A stretch of DNA of 63,579 nucleotides, the filler included, from Perkinsus chesapeaki ATCC PRA-425 (lineage: Eukaryota > Protista > Perkinsozoa), in the NCBI GenBank assembly GCA_013115145.1. It is 6 parts of 6 records of this genome, joined end to end, with 100 filler letters (N's around TTAATTAATTAA, not from the genome) between each part and the next. Parts side by side here need not be neighbours in the genome. Positions count along the whole stretch, not along the records: positions 1 to 11,600 come from JAAPAO010000843.1; positions 11,701 to 15,256 come from JAAPAO010001390.1; 4 more parts are not named here. The stretch is one strand, 5' to 3'. Positions 1-12,749 of this stretch are shown here, piece by piece. The notes under the pieces were generated by a model. The model was not told the origin of the DNA. It did no database searches and saw only the letters and a list, made by a program, of their open reading frames with translations. Numbering within the stretch: position 1 is the first letter of the stretch; every line of letters begins with the position of its first letter. A program made the position numbers and the translations under genes.

Positions 1-312
1 ACAGATTATAAACAAGAGAGTTTACGTTTATCGAAACACAGCTACAAGATTCGTAATGTCGGATGCTGCTGCTACTCTTGCTAAATGTATGCTCATACCT
101 CGTGTTATCCTATACTTTACTGGCTTGCGTTGTCTATAATATTGCTGGAAGCATCTTGTCACTATTAACCATCACAACAGCAGCTCAACCGTCAATGTCG
201 TATTCGTTATACACCATCATTGGAATGGGTAACACAATATATATATGAGGGTATGAGGGATCAACATAAAGTATGAATCATGAACTATGGTCATTATTGA
301 TGCTGACAAGGA

Positions 313-1990
313 TCACTCGACCTCAACTTCCACAATCCTCGACCCTCGCCTAGACATCTGGTACGGGGATCATCGCAGCCCTTGTGAGTCACTCTTACCT
401 TCTTCCGCACTGCAATCTTACCAGTGAGTGTCTCATTAAAAAGCTCTTCTGTTGAGTGTAACAGCTCTCCTGTTGCTGGTACGCATAATTCCAGGAGTGG
501 TGTTGTTGAGAGTTGCAGTGTACTTGCGAAGGCAGAGCCTGCAGCCTCTTTCAACACATCTGGCTCATTGATAGCTATCCAGCGTTGAATCCTATAAAGG
601 ATATCTGCGAGAGGGGTGGAGGACTCAACACTGATTGGACCAATCGGTATCTGCTAGACAATTACCGGGAAGAAGCGGCCCCGAGCACTCACCTTCCTTG
701 CTGCATCACTTGGATCCATCATAAACACTCGTAAAAGAGCTGTCTCTGCCTTGCTAGCTGATCGAGATTCCTTCAGTTTCTGTGCCCGCTCTATTGCTGC
801 TTGATGTATGAGAGCTGCCGTAACCTCTCCTGCACTTTTATGTAGTTCATCCTCCTCATCTAGTACAGTAGACATCAATTGATGGGATAGTAACTGAGTA
901 TTACAGACGAGATGGGTTGCATGAGTATGAGTAACTAACCTGTTCAGCTTCATATAATAAGGGATCAGCAAATCGTCCAGTTCTATTAAGCTTCGACATC
1001 ATCTCCTTAAGTATTCTATCCGATATCCTAAACAGTGCTCTCAGTTTGCGGCAATTCCCCAATTGCAATGTACTTACATCTTCGCGTGCTTCAAAGCCTC
1101 TAGCTTTCCTTCTATTTGTTGCCGTGCACGAGTCCTCCTCTCTGCTTCTTCGATCATCTTCTGTGTTCGGTTATGCCTATCTCTCTCCATCTCCTCCATC
1201 TCTTCATATTTTCTATTTTCCGCTTTCTGCCGTTCATGCCATTGACGTTGAAATTCTGTTATTGCCTTCTCCTCCTAAGATTCCACCCCAACTGCGCCAC
1301 TCTGAGTAACTTCTCATCTTACCTCCTCCTCTCTAACCTCCTCCAAGGACTGTTGTATTGTCTTATCGACAATAACATCAATCACCTCTCTTCGTACTTC
1401 CTCACCATCGAGATGATCAAAGATGTATTTCTCTTCTATTTGAGTATGACTATCACGTCCAATTCGTAGAGGTGGAAGCGTCGGACTAATAATGTCAACA
1501 AATGGACCAATTTGAGCGGTTCTCACTCACTCTCGCTTGTAGGGAGACACGAAGTGATGAAACTCATCAATTTCCGTCCCGACAGACGTCAGCTTAGGTT
1601 TTGCCGCAGTCATCTGAAGTGGTCTTGTGTAATACACGAATCACTACTATTTATCACTTTTTCTATCAGATTATCCTCAAATCCAACAGTGCTATTATCG
1701 CTGCTATCAGCGATTTCCCCAGACTGACCCCAACTAGAGACCTTTTCAAACACTTCTCTCAATCTCCGTCTCAAAGACTTTGTTGATTGTATCGGTGGCA
1801 GCCTCTTGCCCACTCCAATGCTGCTGTTCGTTGTTGTATTGTTATTCATTTCCCTCATCCTTTTACCATCAATTCGAGCTCGAGTAAAGTATCCAGTAGT
1901 CGAGCCTCTAACAACTCTAGGATCCACATGTACTCCCCCTCCACTGTGGCGGTGCTCTATTGTCATTAAGTGTAATCTGATCATCAGCAC
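313..1990 (-). CDS. RSP3: Radial spoke protein 3-like, multi-exon; 5' end approximate
   Basis: Spliced peptides HVDPRVVRGSTT, GRDSHTQIEEKYIFD, VIDVIVDKTIQQSLEEVREEE, a coiled coil and MSKLNRTGRFADPL follow the RSP3 pattern (YDRRVIRGNT, GKDVATQI..LFD, VLVGKTIEQSLLEV.EEE, SGYFYDP). An in-frame TAG at 654-656 falls inside a 39-nt GTGAG..TAG intron. Predicted stop TGA at 313-315. Confidence 0.75.
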
Positions 1991-2170
1991 TGGACTAATT
2001 CACCAACGCTATCCCATAGGTCATTGGAGACCATCATCATTTGCTAGGAATAATAGTATAAATAGTACAGGAATGCAAAGAGTAGTCAGCAGCAGTACCG
2101 AAGCAAATATATAGCAATATCAGTCGTATACGTTGAGAGTGGTGATGGAGGATGGCGATACCGACACTCA

Positions 2171-4941
2171 TCATTCTGTGCTACTTCTAGAGCTACTACT
2201 ACTACTACTACTACTACTCGAGAGATCGCTGCTACTCCTAGAGCTACTGCTAGAGTTTGAGGAAGTAAGCGAAGGTTCTATTCCTCCCACTCGGCCTCCT
2301 ATATCGGCCAACTCTTCTTCCCTTCTTAGACGATGCTCTCTTCTAACATCAGCTGCTATCCCTCCTTCTCCTCCTTCCTCTTCTGCATCACTTTCATCGT
2401 CCTCCTCAACCTCTGATGCACGCACGTCTTCATCGTCCTCATCATCACCTTCAACATAATCACCGTCCTGACTAATACTCGAGCTCGACGAAGACTCCGA
2501 TTCACCATCAGACTCTCCAGAAGATGACTCAGATAGCGGTCTCGAGGCCCCTGGTCTCTGAGTCCTAACCCTAGCGCTTCTTCTCTGACCTCCGAGGGTG
2601 GTGCGACTCCCCAGAGCCTCCGCCTGTGTCACAGCGTCTCCCATTGCAATCTGTTCCTGATGCTCATGACGTCGTGCTAGCCTAGCCTCCCTGTATAGAC
2701 AGTGTGACCAATATTCACACTGCAGTACGCTACTACTACCTGCTAAGGTTCTGAGCTTCCCTTCTTGATGACCTCGACCCTCTACCGCCTACCATAATCT
2801 CATCATCGTCTTCATCTTCAATAGATCCAGGGTGCTCACTCCTTCTCAATGCTCTATTAATTTCTCGGTCGTATGCCTAGATAACCCACTATCACCATCA
2901 ACCATCATCAGCAGCAGCAGCAGCTGTCAAGTATATTCATACCTTTGACGTATAATCGACCCTTTTCCTTTCCCTCCTTCCAGGTGCGTCTGCCAACGCC
3001 TCGGCATATCTAGCTGCAGCCAAAGCCTCTTGCTTCTCTTTCATGGCAATCCTCCTCCCTCTTCTCTCCGCCGCTTTTATTTCCTGATCCACGTGTTCCG
3101 CCAAATCCTTAAGTATTCTAGCAAGGGCAAGCTGGTGACAGTTTGGGCACCTCATCGGGCCTGATGTACTAGTAGCTGGCCCTGACGTCATTGCCTGAAT
3201 ATCCAAGGAGAGTACGGTATGAAATCTTTACGCCTGACTTAATACTACCAGATCCTCTTGAATCTTCTGTGATTTTCCTCCACACCCATAACACCGCAAA
3301 CAGGAGGCGTGGATTGGTCCGCTACATTCTGGGCACTCCATTGGCCCCGCAGTTGTTGGACTATGGTCCTTAGCCTTAACCGATGAACGCTTTCTAGTAG
3401 GACCTTTCGGATAACACACCTCCTTTCCTATGATAATCATCATTACACCTATTAGTGAGCGGAATTCCTACTACCACAAGCTATACACAATACGACATCA
3501 TCTTCATCATCATCATCATCCTTCCCTCTCTTCCTCTTCTTCGGCTCCTCCTCATTACGATGCCGATTGAGCTTTATATCAGTGACCCTTCTGTTTAGTT
3601 CAGACTTAACCCTGGCTATCTCATCCTCCAAAGATCCAGCAATGGCCGGCAACAAGGCAGCCTCCCATACCGCCAGTTCCACATTACCGTTTGACTCCTC
3701 TTTCCAGACTCTCATACCCATCTCACCATCTCTAATACACCACCACCTGATCAAAGATAACCTTGGATAGAATATCCCTTCCCCTAAAAAATTTTTCCCG
3801 GAATCCGACACAAAGAAGTGAAAAACAGGGTAACTGGGTAACCAGTTACTAGTGATTCCTCTTCGACTGTCATTTCGATCTCGATCTCATCTTTCGACTG
3901 TCTTGCTCCGACTTATGACAATTTATATCCCAATCGGATGTTCAGTCGATGGTTGAAGCGGTGTCTTTCGAATTCAAGTATGAGCCTTCCACCTCCCTCC
4001 CACATATTCAGGGCTTGATGCTGCTCAGTACAGTGCTGAGGTGCTGCTGCTATTACTACCTGTTCCCCGACCTATCAAATCCTAACACCCTTCCGATCTC
4101 CCTCTGACCACGAAGAGGTATATAGGTCGATATTGCCGTAGATGATGATTCTGGCACATCATTGTCAGCAGAGGATGGTATAAGACAGCCCGGAATATCA
4201 AATAGTTGCCCGAATACAAAACGTATCTAACAAGATTAGGGCGTGCAGACCATCATCCGGCGGTGCTAGGCTTCCAGGCATGCAGTACTATTCTCATTCT
4301 TTCTAAGACATTCCTCTCTGACCATGTCACCAACTGCCTTGGGTCCTCAACTATTAATTGACCATCCTCATCAGTGTCCATTTCCATTTCGGCGACTGGT
4401 TTAATACCAGCTAATATCTCTGACTCAAAACCATGTTCAAGGAATAGCTTGCCGATCATTCGCTCAATCCTCGAGGATACTTCCGCCTCTGTAGTAGTTG
4501 CAGCTGGAACTATCAGCAAATGATGTCCATACCGCTCCTTCCTTAAATCTTACATATAACAGGTTTGCTAAGTGCGTGGAGGCACTTGAGTAAAATATCC
4601 TTCACAAACCCCTCTATTATATCCGACTTTGTGAGATCATTAAACAGTCCCATGAAATCCCACCGTGCCATCGGAAACTGATCACCATTCCTTTTTTCTG
4701 ACACCTCTAGCTACCCCTCTACTACCTTCAATCCCTTCCCAAATTCCGATATAAACATACAAAGATACATAAAATCGGTGCTATTGCCAACTTTCATTTC
4801 CATTTCCTCTCTACTCATATCTCCAAGCTCCATGGGAGGGAATGGAGCAATCTCTCGAACATTATCCTCTTGCTCCCCTTCCGCACTAGTGGCCACAGGA
4901 GGTGTAACAGGGCCATTCGCTGGAGAAGAGGAGGAGGCCAT
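2171..4941 (-). CDS. RSF1-like chromatin protein (DDT/WHIM-like N-terminus, PHD finger, acidic Ser-rich tail), multi-exon
   Basis: N-terminal DFMYLCMFISEFG (DDT-like) and WSERNVLERMRIVL (WHIM1-like). The PHD pattern CIAC..CPECSGPIHASC..CPNC is followed by LARILKDLAEHVDQEIKAAERR and RRERKRVDY, as in RSF1. ATG at 4941 is preceded by a pyrimidine-rich CAG. Confidence 0.65.
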
Positions 4942-5125
4942 AACTGAACAGCAGACCAAAACCTAACAACATGAAACGCTTCGCTCCGCCGTCGTGGTGA
5001 TTGAACAACTCCAGACAACCGATGATGATGATAACAACAGGGCATGTTTAGTGTACGAGTGAATTATTACGGTAACGATAAATTAGTAATCATACAGAAT
5101 AAGCCATACATAACGACGCAGGCTA

Positions 5126-6241
5126 CTAGTGGAGGTTACTTCTACGAGGATGAACTACTGGTGCGGAGGAGGATAAGTTATTAAACCGTTCAGCTGAACC
5201 ATCATACCTGTCATAAGTGAACACACTTGCTGGTGGTGGTGTTGGTACTAACCTCATGAATGGCATTGGCCTATGATAAGCTGGTATCGAATATGTACCA
5301 TTATATACAGTAGATGGCCGTATAGCCACTTGAGATACCTCTGGTGGCCACCAACTACTCCTAATACCATTCCCTGTATCATATCCCGACCCACCAAGGA
5401 CAACCGCAGCAGCAGCAGCCGCCGCCGTGCCAGCAGTAGCTGTAAGCGGTCGAGAGCCTTCATCTTCGGTACAGGAGCGAGACCTCCTTAAAGTTTGACC
5501 TATGAGTGGTGAGAGTATAGAAAAGAGCTTAGGTATGCCTACTCCTAGTGCAGGATAATTGAACCCTGTATGCTGGTGGACAGTAGTAATGGTGGGAATT
5601 GAATACTTTATTATCAAATGGAGGAGAGGTAGGATGGAAATACCTGATACACCTCCCTAGCGGAGCGGCACCGCACATCCCATCCCCAAACCTTTTATCA
5701 TCCCTCTGCCCCCCTTGCTGATGCCTTTCTTCTTGAGGCTGGTCTCTTGGCCCTTCTGGAGATGTCTCTGGCCTCGGTACTAAACACATGTCTATCTCCC
5801 TATTACCCCATTCGTCCTACTCTGAGCCCTCTGTAATGGTGGCTTACGTAGCCAACTGTTAGCAGCTGTTGGTAACGGTGGTCCAGCAGCAGCAGCTTCC
5901 AATACCTAACCCCTTATAACATCACACCAGTGATGCCCTCCATTAGAATGTATAAGATTGCCTGCTGTCCTCGTAACATTGGCCGTCGACTTGCCGCCAC
6001 CTCTCCCGCTGGTGAGCAGTATCCAAATACGAACTTGGTCTTGGCCAGATGCCCACTGTATCCCGGTGGATAATCGCTACGTGGCGGTACTTCCTAAAAC
6101 CACCCCACCGTTCTTCATTATTAATCCGTCCAATCTTTATTCCTTTACTGGATCCGTCATGCCCTCATAAGTTGATCTAAATACCGACAAGTCAGGGACG
6201 GAGAGACCGCCGCCTGTGGGATAGTAGCCAGATGATGCCAT
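5126..6241 (-). CDS. Hypothetical low-complexity protein with a PPGYSGH..KF.FG motif (resembles ciliary microtubule inner protein motifs)
   Basis: ATG at 6241 gives MASSGYYPTGG..; after a GTAAAG..TTTAG intron the frame reads EVPPRSDYPPGYSGHLAKTKFVFGY. Later exons match ORFs 5529..5789 and 5126..5617. Exon joining is only partly resolved. Confidence 0.45.
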
Positions 6242-6351
6242 TCCCAACGAAGCTGCTGTATTATACTCTATTCAACAACGCAACTCCACAACAGTAATGA
6301 CGAGAAAATCGTCAAGTGGAGCCCGGAACAAAGTCATATTATCTGATACCA

Positions 6352-7647
6352 CTAGGAGCAACCAGGGGCCTGTGGGTAAAGGGTACACTCCTTCATGACA
6401 GTGTTGGCGAATAGCAAGGAAGCCAAGCTCGAGAGGAGAATTCCTAAATTGGAGGCTGCGAAGCCTAGATTAACACAAAGCTCCCTGTGAGTATCGGGGA
6501 TGTCCTCCCGTCTCTGAAAAAGGAACATACAATTAGAATAGGATGCTCCTGCCATCAACCCCACCACCAGCATTATAGCCATATAAATACTTGTCATGGT
6601 GTTAGGGTGGACATTATACCTTATGAAATGTATACTGGCCTCGAGTGCCCAGAATACAAGTAGAGTAGCCTGGAGGATTGTTGGTATCCAAACTCTACGT
6701 ATTTGAAACCAAGTGACAGATGAGCGGGAAATTAGAACACCAACATTATAGGTGATATTACAGAATCTTACAGTTGAACGAGCGAATGACGAAACATCTG
6801 ATGGCAGGCCGACCGAGGCTCTGTCCAAAAACCCAGTGAGAATCCAATACTCCAAAAAGTACACAGCGGTTAGGTTGGCGATGATGCCACCGGCCATCAA
6901 CATGGCCACTTTAATGCTGTTAAAGGAGAGGCTACTAGATACACTATTATTGGTCGTCGAGGAGGAGGCTGTAGTCTGCATGTCCTCATCCTCTACACTG
7001 TGGAGATCTGCCCTCTTGTCAATATAGGCAAATAATAACCAATAGATAGGAACTGTTATGATCATACCAAGCATCACATACGAATAATGAGCTCCAGCGG
7101 CAATAAGAACGGAGTAGATTAACGGTCCTATGATGCCAGCCAAACCAGTACCAGCTCCCCACGCACCAATAAGGGTAGCAGGTAGCTTATGCAGCCGAGA
7201 TATATTATTAACCTCACCAATGGCCTGGGCAAAGCCTGTTAAGATGGTACCAATAAGCGAGAGAGCAAAGCCTATGTTAGGGTTGGTAAGTATAGCGGCT
7301 ACGGCTAGCAGACCGTAAGAGATGGTCTGCAGCAATAATGCTACGAATATACGCTGCTTAAATGTAAAGCGAAAAGCTATTCTAGAGTGCAACATTGTCA
7401 TTAGGAAGCATCCAATTAGGAGTACCATTGTAAACATACTCATAAAGTTAACCTTATCGAAGCGGAAGGCCAGATCGGCCGCTACAGCGTTAACTAGTGT
7501 ATAGCCATTATTGTTGATAATGCCAAGTATGCAGGAAAAGATATATGTTCTGATGTAGGTGGGTCGAGCCATACCACCACGTATGGGTGATGGTGACTTT
7601 ACCGAGGACTCCCTCCGAGGAGGCGGGGTATCCAATTTCGATGGCAT
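6352..7647 (-). CDS. CLN3: CLN3/battenin (Btn1)-family multi-pass membrane protein, intronless
   Basis: Long open frame with about 10 hydrophobic segments and the motifs ILGIINNNGY..V.A.A.DL, GAWGAGTGLAG, YFLEY.I..G and GL.AGASYSN. First ATG at 7647. Confidence 0.85.
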   Translation of the reverse strand: MPSKLDTPPPRRESSVKSPSPIRGGMARPTYIRTYIFSCILGIINNNGYTLVNAVAADLAFRFDKVNFMSMFTMVLLIGCFLMTMLHSRIAFRFTFKQRIFVALLLQTISYGLLAVAAILTNPNIGFALSLIGTILTGFAQAIGEVNNISRLHKLPATLIGAWGAGTGLAGIIGPLIYSVLIAAGAHYSYVMLGMIITVPIYWLLFAYIDKRADLHSVEDEDMQTTASSSTTNNSVSSSLSFNSIKVAMLMAGGIIANLTAVYFLEYWILTGFLDRASVGLPSDVSSFARSTVRFCNITYNVGVLISRSSVTWFQIRRVWIPTILQATLLVFWALEASIHFIRYNVHPNTMTSIYMAIMLVVGLMAGASYSNCMFLFQRREDIPDTHRELCVNLGFAASNLGILLSSLASLLFANTVMKECTLYPQAPGCS

Positions 7648-7785
7648 CAATAACCGCAACTGCACAGCTACATCACTCTTGGTAATAAACTAAATACACT
7701 ATCAACAGAGAAGGAAACCGTAGAAGACTTCTGTTGTTGTTGCTGTCGTCAACTTAGTGATATTAGCATCAGCAGCAGTAGCAGT

Positions 7786-8463
7786 TTACTCTTCCTTCTT
7801 GGAAGCCTCCTCGAAGTCACCCTCAAGCTCAGGGACATCCTCCTCCTCACCCTTGGCAGCCTTCTCCTTCTGAGCTTGCTCTTGAGCGATTCTCATCTGG
7901 TTGGCAATCTCCTTGAGCATGGCGACATTCTCAGGGCCAAGCTGAGGGATGATCTCAGGCATGAGCTCATCAACAGTCTTCTCGGCAGCGTTACCGCCAG
8001 AGACGACAAAGGTGTTGGCACCGATGGCAGCTTGGACTAAAATACATCAAATAAAGGTTACCCACTAATCGATAGTGCTTACACTTTGGCCTCTCGAAAT
8101 GAATGATATTGGAATCAGCCTTGAACATGTTAACCTCATCAATGCCTAATCACCTTTATACACTCCTCCCACCTCTTTATTTGCCAACCTACCGGGGATC
8201 TCATGGCAGCCAAGTCGCTTAAGCATGCCAAAGAGCTTCTTATCGTCACTAGCAGCACTGGATCCACGATGGACAGTCTTCCTGTTAAGACGGGCTGAAC
8301 CTAAGCCATTACAACACTATAGCTGGCCCATAATAATGTGAAATCGATCAAAGATTCATTCTAGGTTGATATTTGTACCTCTGCCACCGGCACGCTGAGC
8401 ACCATCACCGAGCTTGGCACGGAGCTGAGCTCTTGCTTCGAGGATCTTCGGGTCGGTTTCCAT
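7786..8463 (-). CDS. BTF3: Nascent polypeptide-associated complex beta subunit / BTF3, 4 exons
   Basis: Three GT-AG introns join METDPKILEARAQLRAKLG..GGRGSARLNRK..DDKKLFGMLKRLGCHEIPGIDEVNMFKADSNIIHFERPKFQAAIGANTFVVSG..ELMPEIIPQLGPEN..EDVPELEGDFEEASKKEE*, a typical NAC-beta. Absent from the ORF track. Confidence 0.93.
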
Positions 8464-8739
8464 TTCTGTATGGGTTAATCTCCACAAGGGGGTCAAGGAG
8501 CAGCTAAATCGATTATCAAGGCGGTACAAATATTTTACCTAAATGCATGAAAATTGCAAGAAATAGATCAACTTCATATTCAGTGCCACCAAAAATGGCA
8601 GGCCACGACTGTTGAACAGTCGTGTAGTCAAGGAGCGGTGTTACAACAGTCACTGTTGTAACAAGGCTAACAAGTATCTTGCTTATTGGCTGCTGTCCTG
8701 AGTTGTTGTCAATTACCAAAATAGTAGTTCATTACCATA

Positions 8740-11478
8740 ATGGAGGATAACCCTTCTATTATGGAGGATCCAGATGATGCCAGGGCCAGACTAAAGGCAA
8801 GGCTAACGACTCTTAATGCAAGGAGACCACCCGCAGTGGTGAAGCCTCGTGGGTTCAATAAGGAAAGAAGGAGGTCATCGCTTACCAAAGCTGGAGGAAA
8901 TATGGTAGTTCCTCATACCAACATTCGGCCAATAATGATAGGTAGTACAGGGGGAATGGGGCAGCCGTTGGAGAGATGGGCTCTTAGGGACAAGAAAACG
9001 GTCTATAGTGGAAAATACGGTACAAGAACGCAAACAACAGAAGGCTGTAGTTGGCAGGCAGCAGCAGCACAAGGGGCGAGGAGGAGGAGGGAGATGGGTT
9101 GATCCTATGGATTTTATTGACTTTATTCTTAACCATGATAGCCTTACTGAAGAGTTCTGCTATATGACTCGGTAATAGGCTAGGTTATTACTGTATGTGT
9201 GGTAGTATAGTGATAGGACTGGTAATAGTGGTGGAGCCTATGACCTACAGATAGTGCCGTTCTCACAGATCAACCCGTATGATTATTACACTATAAGTGA
9301 GCCCTGACTGCTGCTGCTGCTGTTGCTGTGATGGTTCTTGTTGTAGGCCTTCGTGGAGTGACTTCATTTCGTCGAGGGTCCATAGAGTTTACTCCCCTCC
9401 ATGTGTGGCAGAGGGATCAAGCTCTGTATAAGAGGGTTATGAATATACCGTTCTTTGCCAAATACAGGAAATGGAAGCTTTATACTATCTGGAGGTCAGC
9501 GGTCATCAGGCAAAGGATGAGGAAATGTCGAAGTAAAAGGAGGAGGAGGCATTCAGCGCTGTTCTGAGTTGAAGTATCTTTTCAGATGTATTGAGCAAAT
9601 CCTTGTTTATACTGGATCCAACGCTGAGCTCGGCCTTGTTGGCGGTACGGAAGGAATGTGTTAAAGTGTCAAACTGGAGCCTATTGGATCTCACAACACC
9701 GACGTCAAAGCCAGGGACTAAGATGGCACCTGTGGGCCAGGAGAGCTATGGTTATAGAGGTTATGGCGGTGGCAGAGGGACGGGACAGAGGGGCGCTAGA
9801 TTCAAGTGGCCTATATCCGACTCGCAGACAGTACAGATGACAGGGGCTGGAGGATGTTGCTGTCGAATTGAAGACTTCACACGTGCACAGGAGGCTTGCC
9901 GAGAGAAGTTGTCGAAGGATCTTGAGGGTGTCTGGAGTGGTGTTAAGGATACTGTAGGATACATTATAGTTGAATAGGAAGTGAGGTTGTTATTGGTAGG
10001 TTATGATGGCTTGTGCGCGGTCATTGTCTGACTTTCTTATTGCTAATGGCTTTCATCAGCCTGCGAACCTACGTGGCGTCTTGGAGATATTGGAGGATCA
10101 AGTGAAGGACGAAGGGGATAATGATGCTGGTAGTAGCAGTAAAGAGGGTCAAGTGTTACCATTGAAGGGTATTCGTAATAGATTTAATTAATTTATAATT
10201 CTCTCCACACTGGTAGCAGAACCCACAACCCATATGGTGTCCTAGAGGATGGAGTATAAGCCGAATTTGATACCTTGGTCATCCAACAAACGTTCGCCTC
10301 GCATCTTTGCAGATAGCACTGTATAGAACCTTATAGCACTAGTGCCAGTGTTTGTTGATCTAGGAAGACCCTTGTTGTTGTCGGTGGTGGTGGTGGATGA
10401 ATTCGATCTATAGATACCCCTCCTGCATCTGCTGATGATCATTTACCGAGCTACACAGAGCAAGCAACAACTCGTACTAAGTGCAGAAGACTTGTTAAGT
10501 TCATACGTAAGCTATTGTTGGTGGTCTCATGCCGTCACCCAGGAGCGACATTGGATCATTTAGGTACTTGCGAGTACATCCTGTCGGACTCGGTCTCGGC
10601 TATGTGCTTTAGATCAACGGAGGGGTTCTTGGGACTGTTGGATAAATACATGAAGCAAATTGAAGCTGAAGAGGAACGTAGACGTAATGAGAGTACTTCG
10701 GGGGCAGCAGCAGCCGAGAAGAGCTCATCGTCGCTGCTGCTGTCGCGGGCGGGCACAATGAAAAGTATATTAACTCATCATATAAGAGCCGGCAACCTTG
10801 GAGGTCCAGAGGGCGTATCTATCGAAAGGCCAATCTTCGTAAGCAGCTGGTGGTGATTGTTAAGGTAGCTTATGGCTTTAGATTGTTGAGTGTACCTTCA
10901 TACCGGGTGAAGGGGGTACCCAACATCGTCGAGGGGTCCATGTAGACCAATACAGTCGTCTGGAGTTCTCCCCAAGTGGTCAGGACTTCCGGGTGTTCAT
11001 AGAGGAATCGTAGGAGCAGTCGAACCGGGATGATGATAAATAGGCATATGGTTATGGCTCAGATTGATGGAGTCCCTCCGTGCGGTATCGTCATGCCCGT
11101 CATTCCTTGCCTTACCAGAATTCCAGCCATTCATAGCTCCACTGGCTGAGGTGGCCACAACATCAGACCTACCAACGGCAAGCTCATCGTCTTCGACGGC
11201 GGCGGCGGTCAGCGCTCTGTCTAATAATGAACAGTTGAGGGAGGTAGGGTTGGTGAGAGGGGAGGAAGGAGCGGTATGGCAGCAGCAGTGTGGTGGTGAT
11301 GCAGGTTTTGAATATGATATCTAATCGAGTGGAGAATCTTTTTCAAAAGGTTATGGATTACACTGAAACCTATCAGAGGTTTGTGGAAATGTATGACGAG
11401 AATGAAGGTGTTAATATTGAGGAGGAGTTCGGCCCTCAAGCGGAGTTAGCGGTCTATAGGAACGGTCTGGTTAAGTAA
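8740..11478 (+). CDS. Axonemal (inner-arm, DNAH6-like) dynein heavy chain N-terminal region, truncated by an assembly gap
   Basis: Peptides EFTPLHVWQRDQALYKRVMNIPFFAKYRKWKLYTIWRSAV, KSLFILDPTLSSALL, AVSSCPSFLALPEFQPF and YTETYQRFVEMYDEN resemble inner-arm dynein N-termini. No AAA or motor motifs are present before the gap at 11601. Linkage of the first exon is inferred. Confidence 0.7.
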
Positions 11479-11529
11479 GTCAAAAGGAATAAGAGCGAAC
11501 ATGGGAAGGTATTATATGTCTTTTTTGAA

Positions 11530-11600
11530 TAGTAACATATTTCCTATCAAACTCCTTTCTATTATATCTCCTCCTCCGTATCACTAGTAACATATTTCCT
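11530..11600. repeat. Start of a ~55-bp tandem repeat running into the gap
   Basis: TAGTAACATATTTCCT occurs at 11530 and again at 11585. Confidence 0.6.
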
Positions 11601-12749
11601 NNNNNNNNNNNNNNNNNNNNNNNNNNNNNNNNNNNNNNNNNNNNTTAATTAATTAANNNNNNNNNNNNNNNNNNNNNNNNNNNNNNNNNNNNNNNNNNNN
11701 GTAGCGCTTGCCAGCCAGCCATTCTTACATTCTGGTTCTTCATTCAGGGCACCGGTCTACTGCGGACGTGATGACTATGCATTTCACTCTAGTTCGCTGA
11801 ACTAAGTTCGGGCTAGTATGTCGGCCACATTATGGCCACAGTTCATTCTCTGAGTCTTTTATTCAGAGTTCTGCCTACGCTGCTTATCCAGCAGTTTAAC
11901 AAAGTCAATTCCCACTTTTGATTGTCACTATCTTCTTATATCCGATGTCTGGTGGATCTACGGCTTGGGGATACTCCATATCAATGTAAATATCTTGGGG
12001 ATTTTGATCAATGAGGTATTTAGTAAAGTTTAGTTAAGAGAGATGCAGCAAGGAAGCTAACGGCCTATCGTTTGTTGTACGGGCATTTGAGTATAACCCC
12101 GGATCCTCACAGACACAGTGTTGCGTTCAACTTGTCAGTGAAGAAAGACATTCCTACGGGCGGGTGAAGCTGAATCTTTTGTGAGGAAAATCGGCATGTT
12201 CAATCACGCCATTGCTAACGTTTGCACAAGTATGTATCTAACGCAATTAACTTCCCTTGTCACATTTTCTGCGTGCGGAACATTCGGGGTTCTACACCTT
12301 TTCCCGTGCAAGACTTGCACTGCAAGCTCGACAAATGTCCAAGCACCACAGGCAATGTCTCTCCATGGATGACAATACGTATTCACGTTTGATACGAGTG
12401 GGAAACATCGGGTCCGAGTTTGACAATACGCGCCCAAGTCTGGCACTTCAAACCAAACTGTTCTTTAGACTGTCAATTAAGTACTCACATGATGTCAGTG
12501 AGATCATCTTTTAGAGTTGCACACGGTGTACTACACACGGTAGGCCTAAGCCGAGAGGAGTTCGTTGTGTGCTTGGCTTTTGCCTAAGTTGTGTACAGAA
12601 GATGCGTGCGACAAGCTTGTTCATTACGACCAAAGCGACAACTCGCGCGCAGCTGGAGGAAAGATTGGTCTCATAATCGGGTTAGTTTAAGTATGTGTGT
12701 GCGATTACACCGAAACGTTTTTTTGTTCCGTTTGGCTGTAAGACACTGT

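Noticed and set aside
654-656. In-frame TAG between two long same-frame ORFs, suggesting read-through or a 12-15 nt micro-intron
   Set aside because: A normal 39-nt intron with a GTGAG donor removes it in frame.
11601-11700. TTAATTAATTAA palindrome inside N-runs (also at 15257-15356, 27203-27302, 57506-57605 and 58732-58831)
   Set aside because: It is identical in every 100-base gap and gives stops in all six frames, so it is an assembly spacer, not biology. Most gaps abut minisatellites that explain the breaks.
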